From the NCBI GenBank assembly GCA_048213135.1, contig PS015160.1, positions 21,053-64,559 on the forward strand: DNA of 43,507 bases, written 5' to 3'. The notes under the pieces were generated by a model, which was not told the origin of the DNA, did no database searches, and worked only from the letters and a program-made list of their open reading frames with translations. The DNA is from Reclinomonas americana ATCC 50394 (Eukaryota). Below are positions 35,719 through 43,507 of the stretch, in pieces. Each line of letters starts with the position of its first letter. Position 1 is the first letter of the stretch. The position numbers and the translations under genes were made by a program.

Positions 35719-36223
35719 GATCGGCGGGAGGATTGGAGAAGGAATCGAACATGTGTCCTGCATCACAGAAAGCTCTGGTATGGAGCCTGTGTGATGAGAG
35801 CCACGAGGTGGTACACAGCCGCCATTAGTTCTGATCCACTGCGGGAATGCACGGGCAGCTGCGCGAATAAGAAGAAGATCCATTGCGATTCGACGTCTCG
35901 ACGTTGTTTTCACAAGCGGATCGGCTCAGCTCGAAGCTTCTGCTGCACTAGAGTGGTCGGCGCACACGAGTGCCACTGCTATGCCGACAAGACAACGGTG
36001 CAATCCTGCATGTCGTCGATATCAACGTCGAGCTCGAGATCGAAGTCGCTGCGACGAGCTTCTGTTTGCCAGTGGCCTTTGCGTTGCCACGGGTGCTCTT
36101 GAAGAGTAGTCACTGGAGAGGTTGGAGAACTGAAGAACGAAGGCATCCTGTCGCCATCCACGCAGGACACGTGCACCATTCGTGACATTTCGTGCATTGC
36201 AAAGTGACCGAGACAGCGCCACA

Positions 36224-39200
36224 ATGCACTTGTATCATCTCACCTTGCAGCCGCCGACCTCCATCACACACGTGGTCAGCGGCTACTTTACGAGTGCACG
36301 ACCTGCACCACATGGAAGCAGTGGCAGTGGCAGTCTGGAGGACTTGATTGTGGTGCGCGGAGGTCGGCGACTGGAGGTGTGGCGAGTGAACGAGCGAGGA
36401 GCGCGGTTGCAGCCGGTGGCGATTGCCGTGGAGACCTTTGCGGTGGTGCGAAGCATTGCGGTGCTGAGGTTGGCGGGTGAGTGGTGGCGCGCAATGTCTG
36501 ACACAACGCAAGGAAGAGGAGAGAGAGATGTGCATGTGAGAGAGAAAGAGAGAGAGTGTGTGAGAGAGGCACACTGGGAGCGTACACACCAAGTGTGCAC
36601 ACAAAGCGATTGGATTCGACTTGTCTTGCATGCATGCACACTGACACAAACACACACACACACATTCACTCACTCTCTATCTCCCTTCTCCCTCCCTCCC
36701 TCCCTATCTCCCTTCTCCCTCCCTCCTCCCTTTCCCTCTTCGCCAGACGAAGAACGCGACCTTCTTGTTGTCGGCTCCGACTCTGGTCGCATTGTGATTC
36801 TGGGATACTCGGCCGAGCATGGCACACTGGAGCGCATGCACATGGATGCCTTCGGGCGCGCTGGTGTGCGTCGACTGGTGCCTGGCCAGTACGTGGCGCT
36901 GGATCCGCACGGGCGTGCAGTGATGATGGGTGCGCCTCGTGCTCTCTCGTCGACCGAATCACTGGACTCACTCGCTGTCCTCAGCCGCCGTCGACCGTCA
37001 AAAGCTGGTCTACACGCTCGGCCGCTCATCATCGACGGGCCAGCTGTCGATTGGCACGCCACCGATTGAGGCACCAAAGACCTCGTCGGTGATGTTTGAC
37101 TTTATCGCGCTGGATGGTCCCGTAGACGGCAATCCGCGCTTTGCGTGTCTCGAGTTGGACTACGCGGCGGCGGATGCTGACCCGAGTGGCGAGAGTGCGG
37201 CGAATGCGGAAAAGGTAGATTCGGGAAGTCGCGGTGGGTTGAAGGCCGTTGTCTGACGGGTTGTTGTTGTTGTTCTGCACCACGCAGTTGCTTTCGATTT
37301 ACGAGGTGGATCTGTCGTCGTCAGCGGTGCAGCGTGTAGCGTCGGTGGCAGTGGCTCGCTCCGCGCACGCCTTGATTGCAGTACCGGCGGGAAGCGAGGG
37401 TGCTGGTGCGTTCTGGCGTGATTGAGTGACCACCAAGTCATCATCACTCTTGTTGATCTCTCGTCTGTCCATCTCGTTCAGCGCATTTCTTGGCACTCTC
37501 AAACAATCCCGTTCTCTCCCTCCGATTTTGTCAGACATTCTCGCACTCCTTCCCCCTGTCTTGTTTACTTGCTGCTCCCACTCTCTCTCTCTCTCTATCT
37601 CAAAACACGTTCAATCGTGTACCTTGCTTCTGAGCCCACCCTATCTCCTTGTTACTCCCTCTCACCTCCCTTCCCCCTTCTTCCCCCTTCTCCCCTCCCA
37701 TCTACAGGCGGCCTCTTGGTGTGCTCGGAGGGCTTGCTGTCGTACTGGAATCCCGACGCAGCAGGAGCGGCCATTGAGGCACCAATACCACGTCGCGATA
37801 CGCAGCCGCTATCGGAGCACGTGCTGATTGTGGCGCACGCGGTGCATGCCCCCGACCGCAACGTGTTCATCTTGCTGCAGAGCGAGTCCGGCGATCTGTA
37901 CCGCGTGCAAATCGGTGCCGCTGCACTCACCATCAAGTACTTTGACACGGTGCCGACTGCCAACGCTTTCTGCTTGCTGCGCTCCGGCATGTTGTTTGTC
38001 GCGGCGGAGTTCAGCAATCAGTTGAGTCTCGCGCATCGTGTAATAATGGCTGTGGCAGCACTTCCTCATCTCCACCTCTCGCAGCAAACTGTACCGACTG
38101 GAGAGTCTCGGGGAGGAGGACGAAGACGAGCCGGGTACGGTCTCGGTGCCTGACTTTGGCGAGGTGAGCATTCATCTTCCCTTTTTTTGTTCGTCTGATG
38201 CAGCTCACGCTTTTACTCAGGTTCCCACCTTCCGTGTGCGACCACTGCGCAACTTGTCGCTGCTTGACGAAATTCCGTCGCTGTCGCCGACGCTGGACAT
38301 GGTTGTGCGCGACGCCGCTCGAGTCGGCTACCCGCAGCTGTTTTGTTCCACGGGTCGCAGCTCGCAGAGTGCGGTGCGTGTCCTGCGACACGGTCTCCCC
38401 GTGACCACTCTCGCCGTCTCCGAGCTGCCGAGCAATCCGTCGGGAGTGTGGAGCGTCAAGCGATCCGTGAGCGGTTCGGCAATTGTGATGCCTCTCTTTT
38501 TTGTGTGGCAGTCATCTCATCTGTATGCCTGCAGATGATGCCGATCGGTACATTGTGGTGGCATTCGACAGCCACACCCTTGTGCTCTCCGTCGGCGAGA
38601 CCGTCGATGAGGTGACAGACAGCGGATTCCTCGGCAACGTGCCGACATTGTGGGTGTCTCTGCTGGCCGACGACACGCTCCTGCAAGTGCACCCTGCTGG
38701 CATCCAACTAGTGCACTCTGACGGTTCGGTGAACGACTGGCGGACGCCGGGACGCAAGACCATTGTGCGCGCGGTGGCGAACCCGCGACAGGTGGTGATT
38801 GCACTGAGTGGTGGCGAGTTGGTGTACTTTGAGTTGGACCAGAGTGCGCACGCTCTGCGCGAGGTGAAGCAGATTGGTGTGCAGCAGGAAATCGCTTGCC
38901 TGGCCATTGCACCGCTGTCGGAGGGAGAATCACGGTCGCGGTATATGGTACGTGTGAAGTGCCGTGATCGCTGTCTCTCATCTCTTTGTATGTGTGTATT
39001 CTCACATGGCCTACGCGCACAGGCTGTGGGCTTGTACGACAAATCCATCCGCATCCTGTCGCTTGCGCATGAGGCTGACCAGTTGATGCACTTGGTCACT
39101 CACCAGGTATGGCGTGCCGTCTATTTCTGTGTGCCCCTACCGTGTGGATTGTTGATTGATGTGTGATCGCACTCGCAGAATCTGTTGCGTGAGCCATTCA

Positions 39201-41558
39201 GTGTGCTGCTCACTGAGATGCGCGGATGGAACGCCGGCGGAGCGAGCACGGTGTTGTACTTGTATGTGGGCTTGACCGACGGCACCCTCCACCGCTCAAT
39301 ACTCGACACGCGAACTGGTCGACTGTCGGAGCCGCACACACGGTGTGTGACGATTTGCACCCTCCCCACTTGCCACGTTTCACCAACCTCTCAATGCTTC
39401 TGTGTGTGCATAAATGCAGCATGGTCGGTGTACTCCCAGTTCGGCTCTCATCAGTGTCGGTGGCCGGTGGTCCTGGCGTGCTGGCACTCTCATCGCGGTC
39501 GTGGCTGTGCTACAATCATCTCGGGCAGTCGCATGTGACGCCGCTGACGTTGCGTCCGCTCGTCGATCGTCGGTGTCGTGGACTTTGCACGCTGACCATG
39601 CACTGTCTACTGTAGATACACCAAGCTCGATTATGCTTCCGGGTTCGTCTCCGAGCCGTGTCCAGAGGGCTTTGTGGCCGTCAGTCAGAACGAGTTGCAG
39701 TTGCGTTTGCTCGGCGTTGTTCTCTGCTTTTACTCGTTCCATCATCCTCAACGTGTATTGTACCCTCACAGCATCATCAATGCGGAGCACCTGGGCGAAT
39801 GCTTTAATCAGCAACGGATACCGCTCTACTGCACGCCGCGACGATCGGTCATGTTCCCCAATTCCAGTCGGCTCATCGTGATTGAGAGCGACCATCGATC
39901 ACCGCCCATTTCCGATCGCGCGGCTGGCGAGACGAGTGCAAGTGCTGGCGACGGCGACTCGATGGATGTGGATGTTGCGTGCAGTGGTACTGGGTGGTGG
40001 GTGCTGCTCTCCGCGCTTCTCACGGGCGTGGACAGGGTGGTGCTGCACCGGACGATCTGGCGTTGCCGGCCAAGGCGCCACCGGGATCGTGGGCTTCGTG
40101 TGTGCGGGTGCTGGATGCGTCGGCGGTGCGCACTTGCCCTTCCCGCTGCGCAGTTGTCTCCGTTTCATTGACTCACGACCATTGACTGCAGTGCACGACA
40201 CTGGACATTGTCGAGCTGGAGGCCAACGAGGCTGCATTCAGGTACCATTTGACAAAGCCTGCATGTGATGATATCGTGTGTGCTGATGCGCCCTCCACAG
40301 CCTCGCTGTCATCGGTTCAGGCTCCTCGACGGTGGTGGTGGTCGGCACCGCCAAGAACGTCACCCTGCTTCCATCGCGCACCTGCTCTGCTGCCTTTTTG
40401 CACACGTACAGACTATCGGCAGACGGCAAGTTGGAGTTGATGCACACGGTTCGTGGTAGTGGCACTCTCTTTGGGGCTCTCGTTTGTTGGTGCTGACCCT
40501 GTAAGCTCAGACGGAACTGGAAGACATTCCCTTTGCGCTCGCTCCCCTCGACGATCGCCTGCTGGTTGGCTGCGGTCGTGTGCTGCGCATCTACGAGAAT
40601 GGGAAGCGGAACCTCGTGCGCAAGTGTGAGAACAGAGTTGCGTGTCACTCGCAGCCCTCTCTTCCCCATTATCACCGCCACCTCTTCTGACGCATATCCC
40701 TCCCTCCACAGAGTCTCCCCGACATTGTGCTGAGTTTGCGTACGTTTGGCGATCGGATCTACATTGGCAATGCCAGCGACAGCTTCCTCTTCGCCTCGTA
40801 CCACCGCGGCGACAATGTCATTCACATTTTCGCCGAGGACAACACGCCACGCATGCTGACGCACGCCGCAGAGCTGCTCGATCCCGACACGGTGGCGGGT
40901 GCCGACAAATTCGGCAACGTGTTTGTGTGCCGCCTGACCAGGGACCTGTCGGACCCGACGGCCACGGCGGGCGGCGTCACCGACGATTTCGTGCCGCGGA
41001 TGCAGTGGGAGCAAGGGTACCTGACGGGCGTGCCACACCGAGCCGATGAGATTGTGCAGTTCTTTGTCGGCGACGTGGTCACCGCGCTCTCCAAGTGCGC
41101 CTTCTCGGCCAGCTCGGTGGAGACGCTGGCGTATGCCACGGGTTTGTGAGAGAATTGCGATCTCAGTGGTGGGTGAGGTGCTGACTGTTTGCGATGGTGT
41201 GACAGTGATGGGCGCCGTGGGCAGTCTGACGCCCATTGCGACCACGGACGAGATTGAGTTCTTGCACGGCCTGGAGCTGCAGATGCGACTCGAGAATCCA
41301 CCCGTGTGTGGGCTCGAGCACATGATTTACCGCTCGTCGTACTTCCCCGTGCGGGTGCGTTTCGTTTGTGACATACTCACCGCGACGCCGACTGACATTC
41401 ACACGCACGCACACGCATAGGCGGTGGTCGACGGCGACTTGTGCGAGCAATACTTGGTGCTGCCGGCGGAGAAGCAGCGGCGAATTGCCGCCAAGCTCGG
41501 TCGCTCGCCGGGAGACGTAATGCGTCGGCTGGAGGAGTTCAGAGCGTCGATTCTCTGA
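36224..41558 (+). CDS. SF3B3: Splicing factor 3B subunit 3 (SAP130/Rse1), divergent; 19 introns
   Basis: MHLYHLTLQPPT, VVGSDSGRIVIL, FGRAGVRRLVPGQYVALDPHGRAVM, IKYFDTVP, LVLSVGETVDEVTDSGFLG, NPRQVVIALSGGELVYFELD, AGADKFGNVFV, YRSSYFPVR|AVVDGDLCEQY. Confidence 0.96.
38021..38084 (+). other. Intron with shifted donor A|GTTGAGT (SF3B3)
   Basis: CA|...cag|C gives AEFSNHKLY (compare SEFGNHYLY); 64 nt. Confidence 0.92.
39549..39615 (+). other. Intron with shifted donor C|GTTGCGT (SF3B3)
   Basis: AC|...tag|A gives TPLTYTKLDYASGF (compare TPLSYETLEFASGF); 67 nt. Confidence 0.92.
39700..39771 (+). other. Intron with shifted donor A|GTTGCGT (SF3B3)
   Basis: Gives VAVSQNELHIINAEHLG (compare VAISTNTLRILALEKLG); 72 nt, in frame. 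Confidence 0.85.
39974..40035 (+). other. Intron with shifted donor T|GTTGCGT (SF3B3)
   Basis: SMDVD|GGAAPDDL...PGSWASCVRV; 62 nt, changes frame if retained; lies in a variable loop. Confidence 0.78.
40637..40711 (+). other. Intron with shifted donor A|GTTGCGT (SF3B3)
   Basis: RKCENR|SLPDIVLSLRTFGDRI (compare RKCENKHIANYISGIQTIGHRV); contains an in-frame TGA; 75 nt. Confidence 0.92.
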
Positions 41559-41789
41559 AGCAGCACAAGGTGGAGAAGAGGGGGTGGAAAATGGTAAAGG
41601 GAATGCATAGCAGAGATCGTGAAGAACAAGGAAAAAGGAGATCAAGATCTCAAGTTCGGTCGTAACGCCGCCGTATACAGCGCTTTCGACTCTTTGCGAG
41701 GGAATAGAGGCTCCAGCCGACAACATCGATGTCAACTTCAGAGCGACGTCCCGTGGGACCTCTTTTCAATCACGCACACACGACGAAGC

Positions 41790-43053
41790 ATGGTCCGTGG
41801 AGGCACTCGCAAGAAGTCCGCTCGTCGTGACGACGACGAAGTCGACTCCGCCGCCGCCGCAGCAGCAGCAGCGGAAGAGCAACCCGACGAAGTCGAAGAC
41901 AATGAAGGCGACAACGACGACGACGGAGACGACGATGGCCAGCCGGCGCGTAAACGGCGCAAGACAGCAACGGCCGCTGCTCGCTCGACTGCCGCGGGAA
42001 AGAAGGGAAAGAAGGCGGGAAAGGCGGGCAAGAGAGGCAAGGTGAGAGATGACGCACATGTGTGTCACACACGCACGCGCATGCAAGTTGTCTCCGATTG
42101 CAGCATCGTGTTGTTGTGTGAGGGCTTGCGTCACGCGATGCAGAGAGCGTGACAGGAGAGAGAGAGAGAGACAGGATGTGTGAGTGTGCATTGGAGGGAC
42201 GAGATAAGTTGTCTTGCATGCACCCGATCACGTCTGCAGAACGAGTGAGTGAGTTCCTTGGGCGAGAGGCATGTTGTCTCACATGGCGACTACACAAGCA
42301 CTCTATCGCGTGGAGAGTACGAGAGTGAGCGCTTTAGGCGAGAGATAAATTGTCTTGCATGCACACCGTCACGTCTGCAGAACGAGTGAGTGAGTGTCTT
42401 AGGCGCAAGCTGTCTCAGACGGCAACTGCACACGCACTCTATCGCGTGGAGAGTACGAGAGTGAGCACTTCAGGCGAGAGGTAAGTTGTCTTGTATGCAC
42501 CCGTCTCCTTGGGCGAGAGGCAGATTGTCTCAGATGGCGACTGTGCTTGCATTCTATCGCATCTGCGCAGAGTGTGTGAGTGAGTGAGTGCCTCGAGCGA
42601 GAGACATGTTGTCTCAGACGGCGACTATGTCGCTTGCGAGTGGAGATTAAGTCATTGGGCACTCTTGGCGATACGCACCGTGAACACCTTCTCTGCTGCT
42701 GACACCCTCTTTGCCGCCCACAGAAACAAGCCGAGGAGGAGCCTGAGGAGGAAGAGGAGGTCGAAAAGGAGAAGCAGGAGGAGGAGCTGCGCAGCGTGCA
42801 GGTGCGTCGACTGCTGGAGGACGAGGCGGCGTTCCGCAACACTGTCGATCAGATCTTTGAGGAGGCCGACAGCGATGGAAGTGGTGAAATCAGTCTGGAG
42901 GAGTTTCGAGCGGTGCGTGTGTGCGCTGTCGATTGGAACGCAAAGTGCACGCCACTCTGAACTGGCTGTCTTTTATGCAGATGCTGGTCAAGTTCCACAA
43001 GGAGACGCATGTGGATGGGCGATATGTGCCGAATAAGCGACAGATCGAGGCCA
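41790..43053 (+). CDS. EF-hand protein, N-terminal part (acidic/basic low-complexity head, first EF-hand)
   Basis: MVRGGTRKKS...PARKRRK (NLS-like); VDQIFEEADSDGSGEISLEEFRA at about 42844-42912; introns 42042-42723 and about 42913-42980. Confidence 0.85.
42170..42660. repeat. About 137-nt degenerate tandem repeat in intron 42042-42723
   Basis: GAG(A/G)TAA(G/A)TTGTCTTG(C/T)ATGCAC at 42201, 42342 and 42478; CTCTATCGCGTGGAGAGTACGAGAGTGAGC at 42301 and 42437. Confidence 0.9.
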
Positions 43054-43080
43054 GCTGCGTTTCTGTGTATTTCGTGCATA

Positions 43081-43100
43081 NNNNNNNNNNNNNNNNNNNN
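43081..43100. other. Assembly gap (20 N, probably a placeholder)
   Basis: Run of N. Confidence 1.
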
Positions 43101-43463
43101 GGAGCGGCCTTGGGCTCGTCCACTGCCATCGGAGCTGCATCGGCGGCTTTGCTCTTCGCAGCCTGTGTGCACGGCGAGTGAGTCACAAGAGGTAGCGATC
43201 GAGAGCACGAAATGGCGCACCTCGCGCTGCTGCTCCAGCAGCTGCTTGTGATGGTGGAACCAATCATTCATGTCGCCCATTTGCTCCTCCAGCTTGGCAA
43301 ACTTGGCGCCAATGTCCAGCATGAACTCACGAACCAGCGGTCTGCATGGGAGGTGATAAGGGGAAGGGACAGGGAGAGAGAGAAACAGAGAGGGAGAGGG
43401 GACGCAACACAAACTCCTCCTTGGTGATCGATCCGCTGCGATCGACGTCGATCTGGTTGAACT
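43101..43463 (-). CDS. Second EF-hand plus coiled coil; probably the continuation of the 41790 gene on a flipped contig
   Basis: FNQIDVDRSGSITKEEFV|PLVREFMLDIGAKFAKLEEQMGDMNDWFHHHKQLLEQQRE|AAKSKAAD. Confidence 0.8.
43342..43408 (-). other. Intron with shifted donor T|GTTGCGT (EF-hand gene)
   Basis: GT|...cag|A gives KEEFVPLVREF, completing the EF-hand F helix; 67 nt. Confidence 0.82.
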
Positions 43464-43507
43464 CTGTGGGTCGGTCCATCACGTGAGCGGCCTGCCAGCA
43501 ATAAACG

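Noticed and set aside
38021-38084. Reading the shifted sites as non-canonical TT-AG introns (exon keeps the G, intron starts TTGAGT/TTGCGT)
   Set aside because: Keeping the G in the exon adds one base and breaks the frame unless the acceptor also moves off AG. Frame requires cleavage before GT, so these are GT-AG introns with a displaced consensus.
1-43507. U12-type (AT-AC or GTATCC) introns
   Set aside because: No inferred intron starts with RTATCCT.
1-43507. Alternative genetic code or stop-codon readthrough to explain the fragmented ORFs
   Set aside because: The in-frame stops I checked in conserved genes fall inside GT-AG introns, and TAA, TAG and TGA all end genes normally.
1-43507. 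tRNA, rRNA, snRNA or transposase genes; species assignment
   Set aside because: None recognisable by eye, and the sequence does not support naming the organism.

Overview
This is eukaryotic genomic DNA: gene-dense, intron-rich, GC-rich and probably from a protist, with four N gaps. Reading the splicing by hand gives 12 genes. They are TOP1 (partial), a Q/P/H-rich protein with its middle hidden in a gap, a SNF2/BRM-type remodeller, an intronless VWA protein with a CaaX tail, a CCDC87-like protein, acylphosphatase, a tankyrase-like PARP, a GT13 GlcNAc-transferase with an MGAT5-like Cys-rich tail, a TKL kinase, prenylcysteine oxidase, SF3B3, and an EF-hand protein split by a probably misoriented terminal contig. 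Most of the roughly 100 introns are about 60-100 nt GT-AG with a CTCAC/CTGAC-like branch site. The main discovery is a second class of 5' splice site. Twenty-one inferred introns (about one in five) start GT-T-GCG(T)/GAGT/TCGT, which is the ordinary donor of this genome displaced by one nucleotide, and none of them follows an exon ending in G. In SF3B3 the split is perfect: 14/14 G-ending exons use ordinary donors and 5/5 non-G exons use the shifted donor. This suggests routine use of +1-shifted U1 pairing, which in mammals is only a rare exception. All gene models are manual, have no transcript support, and use homologue sequences recalled from memory.
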